A stretch of 64,000 nucleotides of DNA from Candidatus Marinacidobacterium sp. (GTDB lineage Bacteria; Acidobacteriota; Vicinamibacteria; Marinacidobacterales; Marinacidobacteraceae). Positions 27,373-36,581 of this stretch are shown piece after piece. The stretch spans positions 3,808,001 through 3,872,000 of the forward strand of contig OZ242011.1 in NCBI GenBank assembly GCA_965204755.1, in the 5' to 3' direction. Both the position numbers and the translations under genes were made by a program. Every line of letters begins with the position of its first letter. Position 1 is the first letter of the stretch. The notes beneath the pieces were generated by a model, which searched no databases, was not told the DNA's origin, and saw nothing but the letters and a program-made list of their open reading frames with translations.

Positions 27373-28190
27373 CAGGGCTCCTCGGTGCTCAGGCCTTCGA
27401 GCGGGACGGCGGAGACTGCGGCGGCAAGCGGCTCGCCGTCCGCCGATTCCTCGCCGTAGGGCGCCCGTTCCTCGCGCAGCCGGATGCTCCGCCGTTGGCG
27501 GCGCCGGACGATGCGGGCCACCGCCTCCGTGCGTTCGCGACGGTCGCCGCTCCTCCGGACGCCTTCGACGGCCTGGCAGACATCCGACGGCGTGAGCGCC
27601 GGCAGGACCTCCGACGCCTCCAGCGGGCGGGGCGGCGCTCCCCGGCGGAGCGCCAGGAAGTCCGCCCGGAGCGTCTTCTCCCCTCGCTTGCCGCGCAGTT
27701 TCCAGAACTCCCGAACGCCCAAGTCGGCGTAACGACCGATCTTGCCCGAATCGGCGTGGGTGATCTCGACTTCGACGACGAGGTCCGGGCCGTTCTCTTC
27801 GAGGAAGGCGTCCGCCGCCTTCTCGCTCTCGGCCAAGGCCTCGAGATACCCGCCGGCGCGTTCTCCCACATAGAAGGAGCAGTCCGGCTCCATGCCGGTG
27901 CCGGGGGGCTCCCCTTTCCCGCGCAGGCGAACGCTCCGGAGTTTCGTCGAGGCGCGGCCCAGCGCGCTCGCCGCGGCGTCCACGATGTCGTCGAAGACGC
28001 CGGTCAGGCCTTCGTGAAGGCGCGAGGGAGTCATGAGGACGACCACCCCCAGCATCGGGTCCAGCCACACCCGGCGGAACCGGCTCGTCCAGTCCAAGCC
28101 GGCGAGCGCGGCCACGGTCTCGGCGTCCGCCCGCAGGTGGTAGATCGTCGAGCCGAGAGGCCCCACGAAACTCGTACTCGAATCCGTCAC
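27372..28190 (-). CDS. Uma2-family PD-(D/E)XK endonuclease, copy 1 (leader-proximal)
   Basis: GTG 28190 with an AGGAG RBS; catalytic core identical in protein sequence to copy 2. Confidence 0.85.
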   Translation of the reverse strand: MTDSSTSFVGPLGSTIYHLRADAETVAALAGLDWTSRFRRVWLDPMLGVVVLMTPSRLHEGLTGVFDDIVDAAASALGRASTKLRSVRLRGKGEPPGTGMEPDCSFYVGERAGGYLEALAESEKAADAFLEENGPDLVVEVEITHADSGKIGRYADLGVREFWKLRGKRGEKTLRADFLALRRGAPPRPLEASEVLPALTPSDVCQAVEGVRRSGDRRERTEAVARIVRRRQRRSIRLREERAPYGEESADGEPLAAAVSAVPLEGLSTEEP

Positions 28191-28310
28191 CGACGCTCCT
28201 CCGAAGCCTCCGAAGCGTAACGCGGGGGTGATCGCGCCACCGCCGCCGGTCGCTTTCCCCGTCCGCCGGGAGAAGAGCGGCGCGGCGCGCCGGGCGGCTG
28301 CGATCTCCTC

Positions 28311-28400
28311 CCGGTCTTCCGAGCGGGCCGGGGCTCGCCGCGGGAGTCCCAACCCTGCCCGTCGGCGGGGACCGGTCTTCCGAGCGGGCCGGGGCTCGCC
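28311..28400. repeat. Two identical 29-nt direct repeats separated by 32 nt
   Basis: CCGGTCTTCCGAGCGGGCCGGGGCTCGCC at 28311-28339 and 28372-28400. Confidence 0.85.
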
Positions 28401-28480
28401 CTTCTCGTAGGCGCCGTCCGCCAGTCGCGGGCGAAGGCGGCCGCCCGGACCCGGATCTCGTTCCCGGAGAGGCGCGCGAC
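28395..28480 (-). pseudogene. Relic of the N-terminus of an MmeI-like (type IIL) restriction-modification enzyme
   Basis: RLSGNEIRVRAAAFARDW, then after a 1-nt frameshift (A)DGAYEKGE. This resembles the LSWNEIRxRAxxFxxxW...YEKGE start of MmeI-family proteins as I recall it. Confidence 0.55.
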
Positions 28481-28803
28481 GGGAGGCGCCCATGGCTCGC
28501 CCGGCGCCGCGCCGGTGAGTGGGGAACGCCGCGCTCCATCGCCGCGGAAGGGCGCGGCGCCCCAGTCCGTCGGGATCGTGGGCATCGTCATGGCGCGCGG
28601 GGACCGGGGCTGCGGCTCGTACGGGCTTCGGCGGTGACGCCGCCGGCAAGAGCCATCGCCGGTCTCGGCATTTCACGACGAAGGCGCTGCAGGGCCGAAG
28701 GCAGCGGCCCGTGGGCGAGACGAGGCCGCGGAAGCGGAAGACGACCCGACCGGCGCGGGGCTCGCTCCGAGGCCGGCCGGGCCGGGTCGGCCCCCGAGGA
28801 AGG

Positions 28804-31800
28804 TCAGAACCGGAGGGTTCCGCGGAGGCCGAGGCGGAGTACGGGGGCGGTTTCCGCGTAGGCGCTCCGTTCCCCGGAGAACTCCAGGTCGAAGGCGCGG
28901 CCCGCGCGGAGCGGGTCGCCGTAGCGGAGGCCGAAGCGCAGCCGGTTCCGGCCATTCCCGCAGCCGAGGTCGGAGAACGGGGTGAGGACGCCGGGGAGTC
29001 GGCCGGCGGAGAGCCCGTAACCGAGGCCGGCCTCGAACACGCCGCCCTCGGCCATCCCCCCGACCCGCCGCGCGGCGGGGAGGCCGCCGTCCGGCCGCCA
29101 GAGCGCGTCCTGCCGCCCCGGCGCGCCCCAGCGCGGCGCGAGCGACACCGAGAGCCCCCGGCCGTCCCTCTTCGAGTGCAGCATCGCGGTGACTCCCACG
29201 CCCCGCTCCCGGAAACCGGACTCGCTGTACGCCGCCAGCATCCGGCCCTGTGCTTCCAGCCGCAAACGCGATCCCGCCGTCAGGCGCAATCCCCCGGACA
29301 CCTCGACGCCCCGCCCGGTGATCGCCGAGTCCCCGTCCGCGCGCGCCGAGACCGCCGCGAAGGGCTCCACCGCCCCGCCCCGGCCGAGGCGCTGCCGGTA
29401 CCGGGTCTCGGCGCCGAACCGCAACCGGAATGTCCGCGCCGCGAGATCTCCAGAAACGCCGGCGCCCTCCCTCGTCGCCAGCCGGCTGAGGCCGGCGTCC
29501 CCCCGGAACGCGAGGCTCAGCCCCTCCGTCGAACCCGCGATCCGGAGGCGCAGGCCGGCGAGCGCCATCCCGAGCGCCAGTTCCCGCGACTCCCGGCCCC
29601 GATCCCCCCGGTCGGTCTCCAGCGTCCCCCGGCCCGCGCCCCCGATCGCCCACAACTCCAACCAGTCGGTCGGCCGGACGCCGGCGTAGGGCAGCAGGCT
29701 GTCGATCCTCGTCGTCACTTTCCCGCCGCCGGTCGTCTCGCCGGCGAAGGCGTAGTCCGCACGGCCCCAGGCCCGCGCCGCCGCCACTCCCACCAGCCAG
29801 GACTCGCCGGAGACATCCGCCCCCAAGTACGGAGTGCGCAGGTCGCCGGAGTAGGTGGATCCTTCCTTCGGGGAACCCTCGAAGGACACCAGGTCCCCGG
29901 CGCCCCAGAGGCCCCAGCGGGGGCCGCCGCCGTCCTCCGGGGCGAAGGACAACTCGAAACTGTCCCGCAGCGGGTCGTAACCCGCCGCCGCGGCGGCATC
30001 TCGGACCGGGTTCTCCGCCCGGAACAGCGAGCGGGCGCCCGCGTTCCCGATCCCGCCCGCCGACCGGCCGCCGTTCCCGCCGGAGAGCGCCGCCATCGCT
30101 ACGCGACTGCCACCGCCCCGCGCCTCCATCCGCCGGCCGATCACCTCGGACGCGCTCGACAGCAGGCCCCGGCCCATCGCCGAAAGCGTCTCCCGGACCG
30201 CCGCCGTCTCCGCCGGATCGGTGATCACCGTTACGGCGAACGACTGCTCGGCGCTTCCGGCGCGGTTCGACGCCGTGACCGTCACCGACGCCTCGCCCTC
30301 GGTCAGCGGCGAGACCGACACCGCCGCCGCCCCGACGAGCGCCGCCGACGCCACGCCCGGCGCCGAAGACGCCGCCGCGTACCGCTCCGCCCCGGAGAAC
30401 GCCGCCGCCACCTCCACCGGGCGGGGTTCGGTCCCGGCGATCAGGGTCAGCGCCGGGAGCGTCCCCACCGCCCGCGGCGGCGAGATGCCCCGCACCGGGT
30501 GCGCCGGCCGGTCGGCGAGCGCGGCGTGCGTGAGGTCCACCCGCTGGCCCGGGACCCCGGTGACCGCGGAAGGAACCGCGTCCGCCGGAACGGAGATCCC
30601 GTTCTCGTCCCAGTCGCCTTCGACCACCCGGTAGGCGAACCGCAGCACCGGAGTCCCCGACCCCGACCGGTAGCCGGCCGGACGCTCGGAGAGACCCACC
30701 GTCAGCGGCAGCGACGGCGCCCCGGCCACCCGCGCCGCCGAACGGAACTCCACCGACACCTCCACCGTCTGGCCCGCCCGGTACGCGATCCCGTCCGGCG
30801 GGGTCGAGGAGATCCGCACTTCCCGCACCGTCAGCGGCTCGATCCCCCGCACCCGGTGGAAACTGCCTCCGGCGACCGCCGCGTGACGGAGGTCCGCCGG
30901 CCGGTCGGATTCGCCGGAGGCCGCTCCGGAGAGCCCGTTCGCCGCTACTTCCACGCCGTCATCGTCCCAGTCGGTGACCTCCACCCGGTAGGCGAACCGC
31001 CACAACGCCGTACCGGCCCCGTCGGCGTACGCCGCGGTCCGGGGCGAGTCGCCCAAGATCAACTGCAGGCTCGCCGAACCGCTCGCCGATGCCGGGGCGC
31101 TGAAGGCGACTTCCGCGGTGATCGTCTCCCCCGCCCGGTAGGCGGCGCCGTCCGCCGGGCGCGAGGTCAGCGACACGCGCTCCACGGTGAGCGCGGCCGG
31201 CGGCGGGGGAGGCGGAGGCGGCGGGGGAGGAGGCGGCGCCCGGGCGTCCACGCGGTGCGCCGGGTCGTCGTCGAGCCCCGGGTGGGTCAGCGTCACCGAC
31301 CCGCCGTCCGGCGTCCGGATCTGCCCTCCCCGGATCGGGTCGGCCGGGACGGCGATCCCGTCCGCATCCCGGTCGCCCTCCGCGACCCGGTAGCGGAACA
31401 CCAGCGGGGCGCTCCCCGCCCCCTCGCGGTAGGCCGCCCTTCGCGGCTCTTCGCCCACCGTCAGGGTGAGCCGCGGCCGTCCGGACACGGAGACCGGCCG
31501 GTCGAACGACGCCGCGATCTCGATCGGTTCCCCGGCGCGGTACGCCCGGCCGTCCGCCGGCGCGGAGACGATCGACAGGGAAGCGAGACGCGGTCGGCCG
31601 GAACTCCCGCCTCCGCCACCGCCACCTCCGCCCCCTCCGCCCCCTCCGCCGGTCGTCGGGACCACCGCGAACTGGCCGTCGTCGCTTACCGCATGGACGC
31701 CGAGCGCCAGGTTCGCCGCATTCGGCGTCGCCGCGCCGTCGCTGATCGCCCCGCCGTTCAGGGCCAGCGCCCCGGAACCGATGCTGATCCCGTTCGCGTC

Positions 31801-34800
31801 TTCGTCCCCGGAACGCACCCGATACGCGAACAGCAGACCCCGACGATCCTCCGTCTGTCCGGTGTAGGCGGCGTCCACCGTCCGCGCGCCCGGCGTTCCT
31901 CCCTGGCCGCGCCGGAGCGCGCCGGACGACCCCGGAAGCGCCGGCGAGGTCCCGCCGCCCAGCACCAGCCGCAGCACGGGCATCCCCGTAACCGTCACCG
32001 GTTCCGAGAACCGCACTTCCACCTCGATCTCGTCCCCCGGTCCGAAAGCCCCGCCCGCGCCGCTCCCGCTCCCGGAGAGCATCACCCCGGTAACCGTCGG
32101 CGCCCGCCCGTCCGCGCCGCTCCCGGCCACCGGCAGGCTCGCGCGGTCCGCAAACGCGTGGCTCCCGAGGCCCAGCCCCGCGGCCGTCCCTCCACGATCT
32201 GCGATCGTCCCGCCGTTCAGGGTGAGCGCCGAGGTCCCGATCCCGATCCCGTTCGCGTCCGCGTCACCGGAGACGACGGTGTAGCGGAAGGCGAGCGTCG
32301 CGGTCCCGCTGCCCGAGGCGTAGTCCGCCTGACGCATGGCCGAGCCGACGGCGAGCGCCAGCCGCGGGGTCCCGGTGACCGTAACCGGCTCGGAGAAGGA
32401 CACCTCCACCTGGATCACATCCCCGGCGATGTACGCGCCGCCGGCGCCGTTCCCCGGATACGCCGGAGACACCGAGACCCCGGTCACCGACGCCGCCACC
32501 ACATCCGCGCCGTCCCCGTCCACCACGACATCCGGGTCGGCGGCGAACGCATGGCCCGAGAGGCTCAGGGCCGCGTCTTTCCCGCCGCCGGCGCGCTCCC
32601 GGATCCGGCCTCCGGCCAGCGTGAGCGCCGAAGCGCCGATCCCGATCCCGTCCGCGTCCGCATCGGAGCGCTGCACCGTGTAGCGGAACCTCTGGAGGCG
32701 CCGATCCGCGCTCGAGGAATGCCACGCCGCCGAACGACGCGCGCTCCCGATGGTCAGCGCCACCTGCGGCCGCCCGATCACCGACACCGGCTCCGAGAAG
32801 CGCACTTCCACCGAGATCACATCGCCGGCGATATACACGCCGTTCGCCCCGTTCACGGGCCCGGCCGCCGACACCGAGAGCCCGACCACCGTCGGCGCGA
32901 CCACATCGGCGCCGTTCCCGTCCACCGCGAAGTCGGCGTCGTCGCCGACGGCGTGCGTTCCGAGGCCCAGCGCCGCGGCGTTGTTCGCGCTGTCCGTCAT
33001 CATCCCGCCGTTCAGCGCCAGCGCCGAGGCGCCGATGCTGATCCCGTTCGCGTCGGCGTCATCGCTCGCGACGGTGTAGCGGAAAGTCAGCGAGGTCCTC
33101 CGGTTCCCGGAGACGAAGGCCGCCTGGCGGGCCTCGGTCCCGATGGTGATCGCGACCTGCGGCGTCCCGGAAACGGTTATGGCTTCGTCGAAGTACACGG
33201 TTACGGTGATCGCGTCGCCGGCGATGAAGATCCCGCCCGCGCCCTGCCCGGCCCCGGACAGCAGGACGCCGGTGACCCTCGGCCCGACTGCGTCCGCGGC
33301 GGCGCCGTTCACCGTGAAGTCGCCGTCGTCGCTCACGGCGTGGCCGCCCAGGCCGAGCGCGGCGGCGTTGCCGGCGCGGTCGGCGATCCCCCCCCCGTTC
33401 AGCGTGAGCGCAGACGCCCCGATGCCGATCCCGTTGGAGTCGGTGTCGCCGCTGGCGACGATGTAACGGAACTTCAGGGAAGTCGTTCCGCTGCCGGAGG
33501 AATAGTCGGCCTGCCGGATCGCGCTGCCGACGGTGAGCGCTGTCCGCGGCGTCCCGGTAACGACGACCGTTTCGCTGAACTCGACGGTTGCCACGAGGGC
33601 GTCCCCGGCGATGAAGACGCCGCTCGCGCCCTGCGCGCGTCCCGACAGCGTTACGCCGGTAACCGTCGGCGCCCGGATATCGGCCCCGTTCCCGTCCACC
33701 ACCACTTCCCCGTCGGTGATCGCGTGGTCTCCCAGGGCCAGCGCCGCATCGTTGTTCGCGCCGTCGCGGATCGTCCCCCCGTTCAGCGTGAGGGCCGAAG
33801 CCCCGATGCCGATGCCGTCCGAATCCTCGTCCGCCGTCTGCACCGCGTACCGGAACGCCAGCGAAGTCGTCCCGCTGCCGGAGGAGTAGTTCGCCTGCCG
33901 CGTCGCCGTCCCGATGGTGAGCGCCACCCGCGGCGTTCCGGTGACCGTCGCCGCTTCGTCGAACTCCACCTCCACCTCGATGGCGTCCCCGGCGACCAGC
34001 GCACCCATCGCGCCGCTCCCGCTGCCGGAGACCGTTACCCCGACCACCGTCGGCCCCCGGACATCGGCGCCGCCGCCGTCCACCGGGAAGTTCGCGTCGT
34101 CGCTGACGAGGTGGCTGCCGAGGGCGAGCGCCGCGTTGTTGTTCGCGCCGTCCCGGATCGTTCCGCCGTTCAACGTGAGCGCCGAGCCGCCGATGCTGAT
34201 CCCGTTCGAGTCGCTGTCCGCCGCGGCGACGGTGTAGCGGAACACGGCGGAAGTCGTCCCGCTGCCGGAAGCGTACGCCGCCTGGCGGGTCGCGCTGCCG
34301 ATGGAGAGCGCCACCTGCGGGGTCCCGGTAACCGTTACGGCTTCGTCGAAGACGACGGTCACCCGGATCACTTCGCCGGCGATGAACGCGCCGCCGGCCC
34401 CGCTCGCCGTTCCCGAGATGGTTACCCCGGCGACGGCCGGAGAGCGGGCATCGGCGCCGCCGCCGTTGACGGCCGGGCCGGTGTTCGTAACGGCGGTCAG
34501 GGTCAGGACGGCGGCGTCGTTCGCGCTGTCGCGGATCGAGCCGCCGTTCAGTTGGAGTGCGGAGGACGGGACGCTCAGCCCGCCGGCGTCGGAATCCGAG
34601 GATATGACGGTGTAGAGGAAGACCAGGTCCGCGCCGCTCGAATCCGACGAGGAATAGGCGGCGTAGCGGGTCGCGCTCCCGATGGCGAGCGCGAGACGAG
34701 GAGCGCCGGTAGCGGTTACCGCCTCGGAGAAGCGAACGCGCGTCCGGATCACATCCCCGGCGATGAAGGTCCCGCTCGCGCCCTGCGCCGTCCCGGAAAA

Positions 34801-35316
34801 GGTCAGTCCGGTGACTTTCGGCAAGGTGTTGTCTCCGTCCACCACGAAACTCGCGCTGTTGGTGATCGTGTGCCCGGAGAGACTCAGGTTCGCGTCGACG
34901 CTGAACGCCCGGATCCGGCCGCCGTTCAACTCGAGCGCGGACGCCCCGATGCTGATGCCGTCCGCATCTTTATCCCCCGACTGCACCCGGTAACGGAAGA
35001 CGAAGACGACATTATCGGTTCTGAGATAGTCGGCGTAGCGCGTCGCCGTTCCGATACTCAGCGCTATACGCGGTGTGCCGGTGACATTGGTAAAGACATT
35101 GTTGAAGCGGAGGCGCAACTCGATGTGGTCGCCGGCGATGAAGACTCCGTGCGCGCCGCTGCCGGTCCCCCTCAGTCCGAGCGAGAACACCACCGGCGTC
35201 GGGACCTGGGCCGCCACGGCCGGCGCGGCGCCGGGGCCGGTCAGCGAGAGGACGGCGGCGAACGGCAGCGACACGCCGACCGCGAAACCGCGGATTCCGC
35301 CGAGGCGCCCTCTCAA
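28804..35316 (-). CDS. Giant autotransporter-like adhesin: 12 Ig-like repeats, poly-Gly/poly-Pro linkers and a C-terminal beta-barrel
   Basis: 2170 aa with a signal peptide and repeats of about 125 aa (F/YIAGD...FSEAVTVTGTP...FRYTV...D.D.DGI.IGASALTLNGG). The C-terminus has amphipathic beta-strands ending LGLRGTLRF. Confidence 0.85.
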   Translation of the reverse strand: MRGRLGGIRGFAVGVSLPFAAVLSLTGPGAAPAVAAQVPTPVVFSLGLRGTGSGAHGVFIAGDHIELRLRFNNVFTNVTGTPRIALSIGTATRYADYLRTDNVVFVFRYRVQSGDKDADGISIGASALELNGGRIRAFSVDANLSLSGHTITNSASFVVDGDNTLPKVTGLTFSGTAQGASGTFIAGDVIRTRVRFSEAVTATGAPRLALAIGSATRYAAYSSSDSSGADLVFLYTVISSDSDAGGLSVPSSALQLNGGSIRDSANDAAVLTLTAVTNTGPAVNGGGADARSPAVAGVTISGTASGAGGAFIAGEVIRVTVVFDEAVTVTGTPQVALSIGSATRQAAYASGSGTTSAVFRYTVAAADSDSNGISIGGSALTLNGGTIRDGANNNAALALGSHLVSDDANFPVDGGGADVRGPTVVGVTVSGSGSGAMGALVAGDAIEVEVEFDEAATVTGTPRVALTIGTATRQANYSSGSGTTSLAFRYAVQTADEDSDGIGIGASALTLNGGTIRDGANNDAALALGDHAITDGEVVVDGNGADIRAPTVTGVTLSGRAQGASGVFIAGDALVATVEFSETVVVTGTPRTALTVGSAIRQADYSSGSGTTSLKFRYIVASGDTDSNGIGIGASALTLNGGGIADRAGNAAALGLGGHAVSDDGDFTVNGAAADAVGPRVTGVLLSGAGQGAGGIFIAGDAITVTVYFDEAITVSGTPQVAITIGTEARQAAFVSGNRRTSLTFRYTVASDDADANGISIGASALALNGGMMTDSANNAAALGLGTHAVGDDADFAVDGNGADVVAPTVVGLSVSAAGPVNGANGVYIAGDVISVEVRFSEPVSVIGRPQVALTIGSARRSAAWHSSSADRRLQRFRYTVQRSDADADGIGIGASALTLAGGRIRERAGGGKDAALSLSGHAFAADPDVVVDGDGADVVAASVTGVSVSPAYPGNGAGGAYIAGDVIQVEVSFSEPVTVTGTPRLALAVGSAMRQADYASGSGTATLAFRYTVVSGDADANGIGIGTSALTLNGGTIADRGGTAAGLGLGSHAFADRASLPVAGSGADGRAPTVTGVMLSGSGSGAGGAFGPGDEIEVEVRFSEPVTVTGMPVLRLVLGGGTSPALPGSSGALRRGQGGTPGARTVDAAYTGQTEDRRGLLFAYRVRSGDEDANGISIGSGALALNGGAISDGAATPNAANLALGVHAVSDDGQFAVVPTTGGGGGGGGGGGGGGGSSGRPRLASLSIVSAPADGRAYRAGEPIEIAASFDRPVSVSGRPRLTLTVGEEPRRAAYREGAGSAPLVFRYRVAEGDRDADGIAVPADPIRGGQIRTPDGGSVTLTHPGLDDDPAHRVDARAPPPPPPPPPPPPPAALTVERVSLTSRPADGAAYRAGETITAEVAFSAPASASGSASLQLILGDSPRTAAYADGAGTALWRFAYRVEVTDWDDDGVEVAANGLSGAASGESDRPADLRHAAVAGGSFHRVRGIEPLTVREVRISSTPPDGIAYRAGQTVEVSVEFRSAARVAGAPSLPLTVGLSERPAGYRSGSGTPVLRFAYRVVEGDWDENGISVPADAVPSAVTGVPGQRVDLTHAALADRPAHPVRGISPPRAVGTLPALTLIAGTEPRPVEVAAAFSGAERYAAASSAPGVASAALVGAAAVSVSPLTEGEASVTVTASNRAGSAEQSFAVTVITDPAETAAVRETLSAMGRGLLSSASEVIGRRMEARGGGSRVAMAALSGGNGGRSAGGIGNAGARSLFRAENPVRDAAAAAGYDPLRDSFELSFAPEDGGGPRWGLWGAGDLVSFEGSPKEGSTYSGDLRTPYLGADVSGESWLVGVAAARAWGRADYAFAGETTGGGKVTTRIDSLLPYAGVRPTDWLELWAIGGAGRGTLETDRGDRGRESRELALGMALAGLRLRIAGSTEGLSLAFRGDAGLSRLATREGAGVSGDLAARTFRLRFGAETRYRQRLGRGGAVEPFAAVSARADGDSAITGRGVEVSGGLRLTAGSRLRLEAQGRMLAAYSESGFRERGVGVTAMLHSKRDGRGLSVSLAPRWGAPGRQDALWRPDGGLPAARRVGGMAEGGVFEAGLGYGLSAGRLPGVLTPFSDLGCGNGRNRLRFGLRYGDPLRAGRAFDLEFSGERSAYAETAPVLRLGLRGTLRF

Positions 35317-35546
35317 GGGAATCCGCCTCGGCGGCGCTCCGGCGTTCGTCCCCCAGTTCGGCGAGGCGGCGGCCTTCGTCCCATCGAATGATCCGTCCTC
35401 CCGATGGTCATCTCTTCGGGGAAGAAGGCGGGGTGGCCGCCCGGTCGTCGCTCATCCCCGGTATCGTACCGGGAGGCGGCCCGGCGCGGAGACCGCGAAG
35501 CCGCCGAGGCATCCCCGGTCGAAGCCCGCCTCGCGGACTCCGGTCG

Positions 35547-36539
35547 TTACCGCGTCCCGGGTTCCGGAGGCGGGTCGTAGGGGCCGTAGTAGCCGCGGCG
35601 GGCGCGGAGTTCGATCCCGTCGATGCCGGGTTTGACCACTTCCACCTCGATCTTGCGGTAGCGTCCTTCCCGGCGGGTGTTCGTGGAGACATATCCCAAG
35701 TTGTACTGGCTGTACAACTCGTCGAGGATGCGGTCGTAGAGTTCGTCGAGCCGTTCGAGCGAGGAGGCAAGCGCATAGGAGCCGCCGGTCGCGTCGGCGA
35801 TGGCGCGAAGGAACCGGGAGTTCTCGAAGACCTGGTCGTGGCGCGCCCGGTCCGCGAAATGGATGGAATGGATGGTGGTGTCGGAGATTTTCACCAGGTC
35901 CATCGCCTCGGAGAACATGAGGGTCGAACGGGAATCCACGCCGTCGCTGAACACGGCGAGCGTCTTCCGGCCGTCGTAGTCGTACACCCGGTCCAGGAAA
36001 GTCGCCACCGAGTCGTAGAGAGCCGTCCAGCCGTCGGCTTCGATGTCGTAGATGCGGTTCGAGATCGTCCGCTGGTCGTCGGAGGAATACTCCGACAAGC
36101 GGATGTTCTCGTCGAAACTGATGATGAGCAGGTGCTCGGTGCGGGGGATGTTGGTCAGGAACTTGATCGCCGCCTCGTGGAGCAGGGCCATGTCGTCCTC
36201 CATGCTGCCCGACGAGTCGAGCAGCAATCCGATCACCTGCCGCGCCGAGAGTTCCTCCTTCTCTTCCGGGGGCAAGTCCACCCAGGACTCTTCGAGCCCG
36301 GCGCCGAAGACCACGATCTCCTGTTCCACGCCGTCCTCGGTGATGCGGAAGTCGGCGGCCTCGAGCCCGGTGACGAAGGCGCCGTCCCGGTCGGTGACCG
36401 CGACCGGGACGGAGACGAGGTCCACCCCGGACTCGAAGCGGTAGATCTGCTGCGGTCCTTCCGGGCCGCCGGCGTAAGCGGAGGCGCCGGCCGACAGGCC
36501 GACGGCCGCGGCGACCGCGCCGCGCCGAAAGCGGGTCAT
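35547..36539 (-). CDS. VWA domain protein (Acidobacterial VWFA-related type), exported
   Basis: VDLVSVPVAVTDRDGAFVTGL..DFRITEDGVEQEI, LLDSSGSM, TALYD, FSDGVD and QYNLGY...ARRGYY. Confidence 0.88.
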   Translation of the reverse strand: MTRFRRGAVAAAVGLSAGASAYAGGPEGPQQIYRFESGVDLVSVPVAVTDRDGAFVTGLEAADFRITEDGVEQEIVVFGAGLEESWVDLPPEEKEELSARQVIGLLLDSSGSMEDDMALLHEAAIKFLTNIPRTEHLLIISFDENIRLSEYSSDDQRTISNRIYDIEADGWTALYDSVATFLDRVYDYDGRKTLAVFSDGVDSRSTLMFSEAMDLVKISDTTIHSIHFADRARHDQVFENSRFLRAIADATGGSYALASSLERLDELYDRILDELYSQYNLGYVSTNTRREGRYRKIEVEVVKPGIDGIELRARRGYYGPYDPPPEPGTR

Positions 36540-36581
36540 GCGCGGATTCTCCCATCCCCGCCCCGCGCGACGGCGCGCCGC

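Noticed and set aside
24151-28190. Uma2 array as a DGR, integron or shufflon
   Set aside because: There is no reverse transcriptase, integrase or invertase in the window, no attC-like gaps, and no obvious adenine-specific variation.
24909-28955. 500-660-aa versions of the Uma2 ORFs in the ORF track
   Set aside because: The extensions are off-frame readings of the preceding copy. The true starts are at the TGATG junctions.
31198-31650. Poly-Pro and poly-Gly tracts as inverted repeats of an invertible segment
   Set aside because: The complementarity follows trivially from CCN versus GGN codons, and no recombinase is nearby.
28519-35391. 2290-aa plus-strand ORF, and similar long antisense ORFs (7118-9859, 14454-17441, 49247-52297)
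   Set aside because: These are shadow ORFs opposite real genes. They are Arg/Pro/Gly-rich, carry no motifs, and are expected at this GC content.
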